A DNA stretch of 64,000 nt from a virus (taxonomy: Duplodnaviria; Caudoviricetes), in the IMG/VR virus record IMGVR_UViG_3300020420_000671. One strand, written 5' to 3'. A program made the position numbers and the translations under genes. The notes beneath the pieces were generated by a model. It searched no databases, was not told the origin of the DNA, and saw nothing but the letters and a program-made list of their open reading frames with translations. Below, piece by piece: positions 1-10,600 of the stretch (position 1 is the first letter of the stretch; every line of letters begins with the position of its first letter).

Positions 1-492
1 TGGTATTGTAATGTAGACACTACTTTCGGACTTCCAGATTCAAATAAATTACCCTTTAATAACTTTATTAAAGGTGCGGTTGCTGGATTAAACACTTATC
101 TTTCAAAGTTAGGAGTTGATCATTCAGTATCTTATGGAGTTGAATGTTGGTTAAACAGATATAGTAAAAATCAACACCAAGAATTACACAATCATGCTGG
201 TGAAAGCGTAATAAGTTGTGCTTACATGCTTAAACTTCCTCCAGATAGCGGTAGATTTGTGTTTTATAGAAACACTTATGACTTCTTCCACGGTAGTGCT
301 CTACCTAGTTGTAGTTCGGAACCTTTCAAATACAACAACAGGATAACTCCTCCATTGCGTGAAGGAGACATTGTATTTTTTCCAAGTGTTTTAGAACACT
401 ATGTTACTGTGAATGAAAGTGATAAAACAAGAGCTACTATCAGTGCCAACTTTATTATCAAAGAGAGAACAGATGAAGAAAAACAAAATTAA
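1..492 (+). CDS. putative 2OG-Fe(II) oxygenase (TIGR02466-like), 5'-truncated by window edge
   Basis: Frame 1 is open from base 1; motifs WLNRY..HQELHNH, SCAYMLKLP, EGDIVFFPSVLEHYV, RATISANF. Confidence 0.7.
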   Translation, partial: WYCNVDTTFGLPDSNKLPFNNFIKGAVAGLNTYLSKLGVDHSVSYGVECWLNRYSKNQHQELHNHAGESVISCAYMLKLPPDSGRFVFYRNTYDFFHGSALPSCSSEPFKYNNRITPPLREGDIVFFPSVLEHYVTVNESDKTRATISANFIIKERTDEEKQN

Positions 493-1180
493 TGAAGAAG
501 AAGTTTTTGAAATCAATAAAGACTACTCTGTAACTATAAAAAAATTAGGAAGAAAACAGACAGTAGTTGTAGTTGTTGATGATTTTTACAAAAATCCTAT
601 GAGCGTAAGACAATTAGCTTTGGATATACCAGCTTCATCAAATCAACGTATTAGAGGAAATAACCCTGCTTGGAGAATTAACGCTTTTTACGTTTTAGAT
701 TCAATGTCTTGGATATTTGATCAGCTATGTAGACAGTATTACCCTAACATAATGTCTAATTGGTCAGCAAACATGATGGCAGAAAGTTTTATGAGGGCTA
801 CTTTTATGGTAAACGTAATGCAATCCGAAAATTTACCACCTATGTCTCCGCACATGGACAATCCTAGTGGTCTAAATTTTGCTAGTACCATTTATTTGAA
901 TACAGAAAACGAAAGTAATGGTGGAACTTCCTTTTATGAGTTTGCCGGAAAGGAGTCTATACAAGATCCTGATCAGTATAACTACTATGACAAACAAAAA
1001 ACGACTCCTATAACAAAATATATCACAGAATCAATAGGAGATTGGGAAATGACTGGTATTGTTCCCATGAAATTTAATAGAATGGTGTTGTATCCGCAGA
1101 ACATGTTACATACAGCATACGTTAAACCAGGAATGTTTTATGAGGATTTATATAGACTGAACCAACAGTTCTTTATTTAG
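473..1180 (+). CDS. DUF6445-like 2OG-Fe(II) oxygenase-fold protein
   Basis: VVVDDFYKNP, PHMD (HxD), FASTIYLN, GGTSFY, KFNRMVLYP..LHTA; start moved to ATG 473. Confidence 0.6.
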   Translation: MKKNKINEEEVFEINKDYSVTIKKLGRKQTVVVVVDDFYKNPMSVRQLALDIPASSNQRIRGNNPAWRINAFYVLDSMSWIFDQLCRQYYPNIMSNWSANMMAESFMRATFMVNVMQSENLPPMSPHMDNPSGLNFASTIYLNTENESNGGTSFYEFAGKESIQDPDQYNYYDKQKTTPITKYITESIGDWEMTGIVPMKFNRMVLYPQNMLHTAYVKPGMFYEDLYRLNQQFFI

Positions 1181-1188
1181 GAGGTAAG

Positions 1189-1764
1189 ATGGAAGGTGAT
1201 TTTAACGGTATAGAAGAATACAAACATGTGTTCCCTTTAGACTATTGTAAAAAGTTAATTGAAACATTTGAACAACGTGCTTCTATGCAATTAACTGAAC
1301 ATCAAACAGGATTTAAAAATCAAGATGAAAGAATATTCATGGATCTAGCTAACCATAACAATATGTTTCATGTAGACGCAGACCTGTGTAAGTTTTTCTA
1401 TCAAACTGTAATGACAACGTATGAAGAGAAATATAGATCAAAATATGATAGTTTAGCCGCGGTTGTACAACATTCTCCAAAAGGAATGAGCATACAAAAG
1501 ACAAGACCACATCAAGGATACCATGCTTGGCATTGTGAAAACGCAGATTTATGTACTTCTTCGAGAGTAATGGCATACACTTTGTATCTAAACGCTGTAG
1601 AAGAAGGTGGAGAAACAGAATTTTTATACCAAGGCGTGAAAATAAAACCAGAACCTGGTAAGTTAGCATTCTTTCCAGCTTATTATACTCATCCGCATAG
1701 GGGAAATCCTATTTACAAAGGAATAAAGTACATAGTATCTGGATGGTACACTTTAGACGAATAG
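1189..1764 (+). CDS. 2OG-Fe(II) oxygenase (prolyl-hydroxylase-like)
   Basis: YHAWHCE (HxE), YTLYLN..EGGETEF, THPHRGNP, KYIVSGW; SD GGAGG upstream. Confidence 0.8.
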   Translation: MEGDFNGIEEYKHVFPLDYCKKLIETFEQRASMQLTEHQTGFKNQDERIFMDLANHNNMFHVDADLCKFFYQTVMTTYEEKYRSKYDSLAAVVQHSPKGMSIQKTRPHQGYHAWHCENADLCTSSRVMAYTLYLNAVEEGGETEFLYQGVKIKPEPGKLAFFPAYYTHPHRGNPIYKGIKYIVSGWYTLDE

Positions 1765-1772
1765 GAGTAACG

Positions 1773-2138
1773 ATGAAATTATTAATAGCAGTACTAGCAG
1801 TATTTACAGCAGTAGCAGTATTTACAGACACAAGAGCAAAAGCAGGAGAATGGAATGAAAAACCTGTCATGTGCGGAGAGGAAACAGAAGTTTTTGGACT
1901 TATGGGTTCAAAAGATGAACAATTATTGTTTTCAGGCGACATGTTTGCTAAAGTAAAAGATCCTGATGAAGCAAATGGATTGTCACCAACACCTGCTATT
2001 TTGCCTTTGGCCGTTTATGTTAATTTTAAAACAGGAACTTTTACTATTGTAGAGCGTCATGGAGATCCTTACAATGTATATTGTATTATTGCCATAGGAG
2101 CAGGTATGAAACTTCCTAATTATGGAGAGATGGAGTGA
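1773..2138 (+). CDS. hypothetical exported protein
   Basis: SD GGAG before ATG 1773; signal-peptide-like N-terminus MKLLIAVLAVFTAVAVF..AKA. Confidence 0.6.
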   Translation: MKLLIAVLAVFTAVAVFTDTRAKAGEWNEKPVMCGEETEVFGLMGSKDEQLLFSGDMFAKVKDPDEANGLSPTPAILPLAVYVNFKTGTFTIVERHGDPYNVYCIIAIGAGMKLPNYGEME

Positions 2139-3592
2139 AAATTTGTGTTGTAGGTGGTGGTACAGCTGGATTTGTTGCCGCACTTATACTTAAAAAAAGT
2201 TATCCGCAGTATACGGTTGACGTAATTCGAAGCACCAAGATTGGAACTATAGGTGTTGGTGAAGGAAGCACTGAACATTGGCAAGCCTTTATGGATTTCT
2301 GTAACATCACTGCTGGAGAATTAATAAAAGAAACAGATGCAACATTTAAATCAGGTATTATGTTTCAAAATTGGAGTAAAAATGATTTTTTACAAAGTGT
2401 TCATGATCCTTTTGTAGGTGAACACCTTGGATTACCTTTGACTTATGCTAAACTTTTATCAGATAACGTTCATCCTAAAGAACTTGTAGGAGCATACACA
2501 TGGAAGAGTCATCAACCATTCAACAAATATATGGACGAAAGGCCTAATGATACAGGAGTAAGCCAATATCATTTCAATACCAGCAAGTTAAATGACTTTC
2601 TAACAAAAAAAGCAATACAATATGGTTGCCAAGTAGTAGATGATGAAATTACTGCTATCAATATGCCAGACGGCAAAAATATTACCAGCTTGAAAGGAGA
2701 AAAGTCTGATTATCATTATGACTTTTATATTGATTCTACAGGATTCAAACGTTTACTTATAGAAAAGATGGGAGCCAAATGGCAAAGTTATTCTAAATAT
2801 TTAAAAATGAAAGAAGCTATTGTATTTCCAACTGAAGAAGAAGATGAAATACCTGTTTGGACAGTTGCTAGGGCTATGAACAGTGGATGGCTGTTTAGAA
2901 TTCCTGTTTGGGGTCGCAAAGGCAACGGTTATATATATGACAGTGATTTTATTACTCCGGAAGAAGCTAAAATAGAAGCAGAAGCATACCTAGGACACGA
3001 AGTGTCTGTGGCTAAGAATATAAAATTTGATCCAGGAGCATTAGATAAGCCTTGGATTAACAATGTTTGTGCTATAGGATTGTCGGCTAGCTTCGTAGAA
3101 CCACTTGAGGCCAGCAGTATAGGCACAAGTATTAATCAAAGTTTTTTATTAGCACAACGTATTGTAAATTATAATATGCCTACTATTCAAAGATACAACG
3201 AAGAAGTCGAATCGATTATGAATAATATAAGAGACTTTATTTGTTTACACTATATTACTGATAAAGATGATACAGAATTTTGGAAACACATAAAAGAAAC
3301 TGAAATGCCTGATAGCCTAGCAAATAATTTAGACATGTGGCGAACAAGATTACCAGTAGCAGATGATTTTACAGATAAAACCAAAAAAGTTTTGTTCAAC
3401 GAATACAATTATATATTAGTAATGTATGGTCTTGGATTGATTGACACACAAGCTGTAAAAAAACAATATGAAAGTATTCCGCCTGAAGCAAAAGAATTTG
3501 TAAATAGACAAATCACTGCTAAAAAAGAAAATGACAGGTTAAAATGTGTTCCGCATAAACTGATGTTAGACTTAATACGGAGATTATCGTGA
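2135..3592 (+). CDS. flavin-dependent (tryptophan halogenase family) protein 1
   Basis: VGGGTAG, GVGEGS, ATFKSGI (catalytic Lys position), WLFRIP, FVEPLEASSIG; GTG start. Confidence 0.85.
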   Translation: MKICVVGGGTAGFVAALILKKSYPQYTVDVIRSTKIGTIGVGEGSTEHWQAFMDFCNITAGELIKETDATFKSGIMFQNWSKNDFLQSVHDPFVGEHLGLPLTYAKLLSDNVHPKELVGAYTWKSHQPFNKYMDERPNDTGVSQYHFNTSKLNDFLTKKAIQYGCQVVDDEITAINMPDGKNITSLKGEKSDYHYDFYIDSTGFKRLLIEKMGAKWQSYSKYLKMKEAIVFPTEEEDEIPVWTVARAMNSGWLFRIPVWGRKGNGYIYDSDFITPEEAKIEAEAYLGHEVSVAKNIKFDPGALDKPWINNVCAIGLSASFVEPLEASSIGTSINQSFLLAQRIVNYNMPTIQRYNEEVESIMNNIRDFICLHYITDKDDTEFWKHIKETEMPDSLANNLDMWRTRLPVADDFTDKTKKVLFNEYNYILVMYGLGLIDTQAVKKQYESIPPEAKEFVNRQITAKKENDRLKCVPHKLMLDLIRRLS

Positions 3593-4452
3593 GAATATTT
3601 GCGTTTGGTTGTAGCCTAACACAATATTTTTATCCTACTTGGGCAGATATACTCATTCATCATTACAAAACCAAAGGTTACGAAGGTTCAAACTGGGCAA
3701 AAAGCGGAGCAGGTAACATGTATATCAACATGCGCCTATGGGAAGCTAACACCATACACAAATTTAACAAAGACGATGTAATTCTTTTACAATGGTCAAG
3801 TATGTACAGAGAAGATAGATACCATATGGGCAAAGGATGGTGGACACCTGGAAATTTTAGTAGACAAACAATTAACAGTGAAAATAGTTTTATGTTGAAT
3901 AATTATTTTTATCAAAACACTTGGACCTGGGCAGATATAATGCATTGTACGATGCGTGATTGTGCTACAATAAGTGCTACTCACAAAGCATTAGACACTA
4001 TAGGTTGTAAAGTTTACTCAACTTATTTTAGAGATCCATTTGAGGGTTGGGAAGATGCTCCTAAGCACTTCAATCAAACTAATCCCAAACTTGAACTTGA
4101 GGATGTGGGAGCGGTTTTAGAATCTTACAGAGAAGATATTGCTACTACCTGTCCTCCAATTTTAAACGCACTTGATTTTGGAACCGATAAAGATTTTTTT
4201 GTAACGAGACCAAAAAGTGTTCCTAGCTTGAAGGAAGAACACCAGCACATGAATATACATGAACTACACCCATTGACTCACGAAGCCGCTCAATTTGTCG
4301 AAAAACATATAGAGCCTTTATCTACAGAAACAAAACAATTCGTAGATGATTGGGAGAAAAAATTAACAGCTAATGATCCTATTATACTTGAAGAACTAGA
4401 ATGGCATAATAAAGATAAAATTGGCTGGTCAGATGATAGATGGAGACCGTAA
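3589..4452 (+). CDS. SGNH/GDSL-like hypothetical protein
   Basis: FGCSLT, NWAKSGAGN, LLQWS..RED, late ELHP motif resemble SGNH blocks. Confidence 0.45.
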   Translation: MRIFAFGCSLTQYFYPTWADILIHHYKTKGYEGSNWAKSGAGNMYINMRLWEANTIHKFNKDDVILLQWSSMYREDRYHMGKGWWTPGNFSRQTINSENSFMLNNYFYQNTWTWADIMHCTMRDCATISATHKALDTIGCKVYSTYFRDPFEGWEDAPKHFNQTNPKLELEDVGAVLESYREDIATTCPPILNALDFGTDKDFFVTRPKSVPSLKEEHQHMNIHELHPLTHEAAQFVEKHIEPLSTETKQFVDDWEKKLTANDPIILEELEWHNKDKIGWSDDRWRP

Positions 4453-5015
4453 TGTCAATACCAGTAATAGGACTAGATAGAGACGGCACAATTAATGAAG
4501 ACATAGGTGGTTACGTTACCAAGCCAGATCAGTTTAAAGCAATACAAGGTAGCTTAGAAGCTGTTAAAATGATAAGAAACAAAGGGTATGACGTAGTCAT
4601 ACTAACTAATCAAGCAGGCATACAAAAAGGTATTATGGACGCAGTTGACGTTGATATTGTTCATAATCATATGATGACATTGTTAGGTGAAATAGGATGT
4701 AAAAGTATAAACGGATTATACTACTCAACCACACCATTTAAAGATGATCCGTATAGAAAACCTAACACAGGAATGTTTAAACGTGCGGCAAGTGAAATAG
4801 GAGTTGACTGGTCAAACGGTGTATATGTAGGAGATAAGATAACTGATCTAAAAGCCGCTGTAAAAGCCAAAGCAAAGCCAATACTTGTTAAGACTGGTTA
4901 TGGTTTAGAGACTGCTAAGAAGTTAGAAACGTTTGCTAACAAAGATTTAAAGAAAAAAACAGAAGTATTTGATAATCTACTAGCTTATGCCCATTCATTA
5001 GTGGATATTTCCTAA
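4452..5015 (+). CDS. gmhB: D,D-heptose 1,7-bisphosphate phosphatase-like HAD-IIIA hydrolase
   Basis: LDRDGTINED, LTNQAGI, RKPNTGMF, VGDKITD; lacks the CxH/CxC zinc ligands. Confidence 0.75.
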   Translation: MSIPVIGLDRDGTINEDIGGYVTKPDQFKAIQGSLEAVKMIRNKGYDVVILTNQAGIQKGIMDAVDVDIVHNHMMTLLGEIGCKSINGLYYSTTPFKDDPYRKPNTGMFKRAASEIGVDWSNGVYVGDKITDLKAAVKAKAKPILVKTGYGLETAKKLETFANKDLKKKTEVFDNLLAYAHSLVDIS

Positions 5016-5046
5016 AATATTAAAGCTCTACATATCAGTGCAAAAC

Positions 5047-5054
5047 GATAAATA
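5047..5054 (+). promoter_or_regulatory. putative T4-type late promoter GATAAATA
   Basis: Intergenic, directly before the tail-fibre/structural gene run. Confidence 0.6.
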
Positions 5055-5071
5055 CAGTATGGAGCAGGTAA

Positions 5072-5587
5072 ATGAATAAACTTCTGACAAACTTTTTTAC
5101 AAAAGGGCAAAATAATTCAATATTATTACCTAGTAGATCTAACTTTAGCTTTAGAGGAAGCTGGGTAGCAGTACAGAGAAATAACACTATTTTAGATAAA
5201 TTTCACCTAGGTGATTTTAGTAGTGCTATGTATCAAGTAGCAGTTGAGTTTGACAGTAATGAAAAAGAAACAATGCAGATTTCTGTGGTTGCTAGACCAG
5301 ACAGAGCTGTTGTTTCCATATTTGGTAGGGCAACAATTAACCAAGAATTAATAACTGTTACAGCGGCAGTAGACGCTAGTAGCGTATATCTATATGCTAG
5401 TCCGAAGTCAAATACGTATTTAGGCAGTAAAGTTACATTTCATGCTACCTATGCTCAGGCAATACATCAGTTAACTCCACCAGCCATAGTCGCAGACACA
5501 TCAACGACGGAGGCATCTGGAATAAATACTTTTGATGCTACAACTAGCACATTTGATAAAACTAATGTAACATTTGATAGGACGTAA
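5072..5587 (+). CDS. putative virion structural protein
   Basis: Late box upstream; C-terminal TFDATTSTFDKTNVTFD motif of the kind seen in T4-like marine phage virion proteins. Confidence 0.5.
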   Translation: MNKLLTNFFTKGQNNSILLPSRSNFSFRGSWVAVQRNNTILDKFHLGDFSSAMYQVAVEFDSNEKETMQISVVARPDRAVVSIFGRATINQELITVTAAVDASSVYLYASPKSNTYLGSKVTFHATYAQAIHQLTPPAIVADTSTTEASGINTFDATTSTFDKTNVTFDRT

Positions 5588-5589
5588 TA

Positions 5590-7077
5590 ATGGCAAAATC
5601 AGTAATTAACGTAGGTACAGCCGCAAACGATGGAACAGGTGATAATCTTAGAGCAGGTGCCGCCAAGATTAACGCTAATTCTGAAGAGCTGTATAACGCA
5701 CTAGGTGATGGCACTAACTTAAAAGATATCATTAATTCAAATCTTGAACTTGATATTCCAAACGACAACGCAAAAATAAACAAGATAAGTTTTCATGCTT
5801 CAACACTAAACCAAATGAATGCTATTGATGCTTCAACATATCATGGAGCAATACTTCATGTACACGAAGGTGGTTCGGTTTATGTAGCACACGCAGGAGC
5901 ATGGCACAAATTACTTTTAGATGCTAGTGGCGGAGCAATAACAAATTACACAGATCCTTTAAAAAGTGTAGCTTACGTAGGAAATATTAATTCATTATCA
6001 GATGTTGATACAGTTAGTCAAGCTCCACAAACAGGAAACGTTCTTAAATGGGACGGTGGTAAATGGGCACCAGGAACTGATATTGCTTCAGGAGGATCAG
6101 GATTAGATGCTGATACGCTTGATGGACAAGATGGTTCATATTATTTAAACTACAACAACTTAAACAACAAACCAACAGTACCAAGTTCATTAACAGATTT
6201 AAGTATATCAGATGGATCAAACGGACAAGTATTAACAACTAACGGCAGTGGTACGTTTACTTTTACTACGATTAGCACAGGCGGAAACCAAAACATTTTC
6301 CAAACATTTGATGGAGACACCGGTACAACAACAGCTAATTCTACAACTGACACATTAACAGTGGCAGGTGGTGCTAACATTTCTACAAGTGTTGTAGGAG
6401 ATACTTTAACTATTGCGTACACGGGTTCACCTAACTCAGGTGAGGAAAACCAATTTGCGTTTAGTAATGTTCAATCTGATTCAGGATTAGCACAAGCTGA
6501 TTCAAAAACTGACACACTTACAATAGCAGGTGGAACAAATATTTCAACAGCAGTTTCAGGCGATACAGTAACAATTAATTATTCTGGCACTAATAACTTA
6601 TCAAGTTTATCAGATACAACTATAACAAGTCCAGGTGCTGGTGCTTTGTTTGCCTACAGCGGTTCAAGCTGGGTAGACTTAGGTCAAAAAATTGATCAAG
6701 TTGCCTATCAAGCGATAACAAGATTAAAAGTTACAGCAGATTCTTTCAATGGTTACAAATTTGACCAGTATGGTAACACAGAAGATCCTATCATTTATGG
6801 TATCAACGGCACAACACTTGCGTTTGATTTGAATGACAGTTCATTAAGCAGTCATCCATTCCAAATTGAAACAAGTGGTGGTACTGCTTACAGTGAAGGA
6901 CTAGTTCATGTAGCAAATGACGGTACAGAATCAACAGGATCATCAGCTCAAGGTAAGACTTCAGGTACTTTATATTGGAAAATACCTTCAGCTATAAGTG
7001 GAAACTATGCTTATCAATGTACAAGTCATGGTGCCATGAGAGGTACAATTACTATTAAACAGATAAGTGCGATTTAA
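5590..7077 (+). CDS. tail fibre/baseplate protein with gp9/gp10-like N-terminus and C-terminal cupredoxin-like domain
   Basis: INVGTAANDGTGDNLRAG..KINAN..ELY N-terminus; two internal DTLT(V/I)AGG repeats; C-terminal H...YQCTSHGAM. Confidence 0.65.
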   Translation: MAKSVINVGTAANDGTGDNLRAGAAKINANSEELYNALGDGTNLKDIINSNLELDIPNDNAKINKISFHASTLNQMNAIDASTYHGAILHVHEGGSVYVAHAGAWHKLLLDASGGAITNYTDPLKSVAYVGNINSLSDVDTVSQAPQTGNVLKWDGGKWAPGTDIASGGSGLDADTLDGQDGSYYLNYNNLNNKPTVPSSLTDLSISDGSNGQVLTTNGSGTFTFTTISTGGNQNIFQTFDGDTGTTTANSTTDTLTVAGGANISTSVVGDTLTIAYTGSPNSGEENQFAFSNVQSDSGLAQADSKTDTLTIAGGTNISTAVSGDTVTINYSGTNNLSSLSDTTITSPGAGALFAYSGSSWVDLGQKIDQVAYQAITRLKVTADSFNGYKFDQYGNTEDPIIYGINGTTLAFDLNDSSLSSHPFQIETSGGTAYSEGLVHVANDGTESTGSSAQGKTSGTLYWKIPSAISGNYAYQCTSHGAMRGTITIKQISAI

Positions 7078-7086
7078 GGATAAAGT

Positions 7087-7638
7087 ATGTCAACTGTAAT
7101 AAACGAAAAATTCCAAGCACAGAACGGATTTGAAAGTCCTAATTTTACTGTAGATACTAACGGAAAAATTACGGCGCCTACTATTGACGTACAGTCAATA
7201 TTGCTTAACGGTACACAATTCGTTCAGTATGTACCACCGTCAGATGATGATGACGATACAGGTACTACTGTTTCCAACAGCTTTGAAAGTTTAGCTGTTA
7301 CAGGTGGAGTATTTAAAGTAAACTATCAGAACACAACTAATCTTTCAGTAATTAATGGCAGATTAACAATCAATAATGTTGGAATACCTGGTACTATAGA
7401 CAACGTAGACATAGGTTATACCACAGCAGGACAAATTAAGACATACGGAATTGACATGACAAACGCACCCGACAGTACAGCAAGTCAAATCAATTTGAAC
7501 GGCGCAACAGTAAATGGAGATTTAAATATGACTGACAATGTTGTATTACCAAAGGATCCGTCACTTACTACTCACGCATCAAGAAAAGGATATGTAGACG
7601 CAACGGCAACGGCCTTAGCAGTAGCATTTGGAGCATAA
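7087..7638 (+). CDS. putative tail-associated structural protein
   Basis: In fibre gene run; beta-rich; ends HASRKGYVDATATALAVAFG, a fibre-type motif. Confidence 0.5.
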   Translation: MSTVINEKFQAQNGFESPNFTVDTNGKITAPTIDVQSILLNGTQFVQYVPPSDDDDDTGTTVSNSFESLAVTGGVFKVNYQNTTNLSVINGRLTINNVGIPGTIDNVDIGYTTAGQIKTYGIDMTNAPDSTASQINLNGATVNGDLNMTDNVVLPKDPSLTTHASRKGYVDATATALAVAFGA

Positions 7639-7641
7639 AAT

Positions 7642-10600
7642 ATGGCAAAGAAAAAGATTGTAGAGTATAGATTTTATCCGGGGATAGGTATAAACGATAG
7701 CGTTTATCCAAATGCTTATGCTCTAATTACAGCCAATAAAAATTTTATACAAAAAGAAGTAACGGCATGGATTGCTAGACAAGTTCAATTAAATGCTACA
7801 GGTTTTGTAGGATACACATACGATGCGGCCAAGTGTGAAAGAGACACAGGTTACAACGTTGACGCATGGGCACATGACTTAACATATGGCGGTAACCAAG
7901 AAACAACTAGAATAGCAAACACCTACTGGGAAGGCGATGTAGCACAACTTGATGGCGACAGACAAGCTGAGATATTAGCAAAAGGCTTTACAAGAGATTT
8001 AATCAACAATCATATTATTACAAACAGTCCACAAGGTACTCCATATCAAACAGCAGTAACACAAGTTACCACAGCTAACACTGGAGAATCTGCGGCAAGT
8101 ACAAGAATACAAATATTAGCACAGATAGTTATTGATGTTATTACTACAGGTACTAGTGCGTTACCAACTTTCGAAAGAAAAGGATTAGGACACATTAGAT
8201 TCCCAGGTAATTATGACACAAGTGATTTGCTAATTGTTACAAATACAACAAAAGCAACAGTGATTTACAACTTTACTGATCCACTCAAAGGTGGTAAGGT
8301 AACAAGAGAAGATGATGTTACTCCAAGAGACTCGGGCGGATATGTTATCAAATATGATACCACTGATGCGAACAGTGATGCTGATGATGACTTTCCAAAA
8401 TATTTACAAACTACAGACTCAATAGCTGTTTTAGACTTAAACTTTAACACTAGTTCAATGGCAACTAGCGATGAGTTACAAATTTTTATTGATTCACCTG
8501 AACAAACAATTAGACCATATGACTTTGGTACTGATGCTATTGAAAGAATAAGAGTAGCACAACCATTGTCCATGCTAGATGCTGACTTTGAGTACGGATT
8601 ACAGCCAACAAAATGGTCTGCTATTGGTATGATGAGAGGTTATCCAAGTATTTACGAACTTCCAGGCACCGATACACAAGTATTAAGTGTTGTCACAGAT
8701 GCTTCATCAGGCACAGCAGGCATTGGTGCTAGTAGAATAACAGTAACAACCATAGGTGCTCACGGGTTTGAACCTGGTACTCCTATCACAATTAAGGCTT
8801 TAGAGGACGCAGTCGGTGGCGCGGCTAGAGCAGAAGGTTCGTTTATCATTGATGACGTTCCTACTCCTAATACATTTAGATTTTTTGCCAAGTCCAAGGT
8901 TGGAACAACCAACGGACAGGTTCTTTCTACAACATATACACAGCTAAGACAGGGTGCTTTTTACACTGGGGCTAGTGTTGGACAGCCACAATTTATTGTA
9001 GCAAGTAATGGTACCAATGGTACAATGACTCTTGCGTTGGCGGCTCAGACTGGCGAGAATAGATTAGCGTTTACAGGAGACGTACCAGAGATAGGTGCTC
9101 CGATTGTAAATGCGGCATTTCCAACAGGAACACAGGTTACAGGTATAAACAGTACGCCAGGTGGTACACCATTGTCAATGAATTTGACACAAGACATAAA
9201 TCCAGGTAATACTTCCTTTACAGTAAGCAGTACAACAAACATTGCTCAAGGACAAGCCGCTAACAACGGTACAGGAGATGCTATCTTTGTTAACAGCATT
9301 GTGGGAAATACTGTGAATATGAGTGGATCTTTTACTAGTACTATTGCTAGAAACACACAAACTTACACAGGAGTATCTGGAACAATCACAGCACCAGTTG
9401 GAACAAACGCACAGTTTGATATTAATAGATCAGGCGTAAACTATTCTATAACAACAGTAAGCCAAATAGGATCAGGATACAAAGCAGGTGACGTAATCAA
9501 GATTACAGGAAATAATTTAGGTGGATTTACACCAGCTAACGATGCTGAGATAGTGATTGCCACAGTAAATGGTTCAGGCGGAGTGTTAACAGCTACAATT
9601 TCTGGAACAGCGTTAAGCGGAAGCGTAACATACCAAGACGTAGCATCAACATATAACCACGGTAGTGGTACATGGGGAGCGTCAACAGTTGACATAAACT
9701 ATGAAAATGATGCTTATTCAAGCATTTCAATTGCCAGTCCAAACGATACAACAGGGTACGCAGTTAATGACGGTTTAAGAATTGTAGGTACATCAGTACT
9801 AGGTGGATCGGGTCAAGACGGTAGTCAGAATGATAACGGTAATGACATCGTAGCCAAGGTTGCTACCATAGGAGCAGGTGGATCTATTTCAAGTATTAGC
9901 ATCGTAAATGATGCGGCTAGAACAGGTACCGCTCCTGATAGCACGGTAAACTATAGTTTTGGCGGAGCAGGTGGAGCATCATTTACTGGTGGTTCAGGAT
10001 CAAGTTTTGAATTTCAGATAGATAAACAAGTTGGAGCTACAACATCATATGGTATCATGCTATCAAATGGAGGTTCAAGTTACAATACAGCAGATGTAAT
10101 TGTTTGTGCTGGAACTGATTTAGGTGGCGCAAGTCCTGCTAATGATTTATATTTAAGAGTAGTAGCGGTTGACGGTAACGGCGGAATTACTGATGTAAGA
10201 TTAGAGGGTCAAGATATTTCTTCAGCACCAGTTCCATTCAATGGAGGAGTATTTTCTGGTAAAACATTAACAAACTTCAATGGATCAGGAGCAGTTTTTG
10301 ATGTTACTAACAACGGATCTACTTATAGTGTAGCTGTTGATACTCCTGGTACAAATTACATTGACGGACAAGAATTTACAGTAGCAGGAACAGCATTAGG
10401 TGGATCAAGTCCAGCTAACGATGCTACAATCTCAATTTCAGCAACAAACTCAACTGGTGCTTCAAACCAAGGAATTATTCAAACAGTTAGTATTTCAGGC
10501 TCAGCACCTTCATTACCAACAGACTTTAGCAACGTGGCAGGAGCTAACCAAGCACACGCAGGAGCTAGTGGTACATTTGATATTACGAGAACACAAGGAG

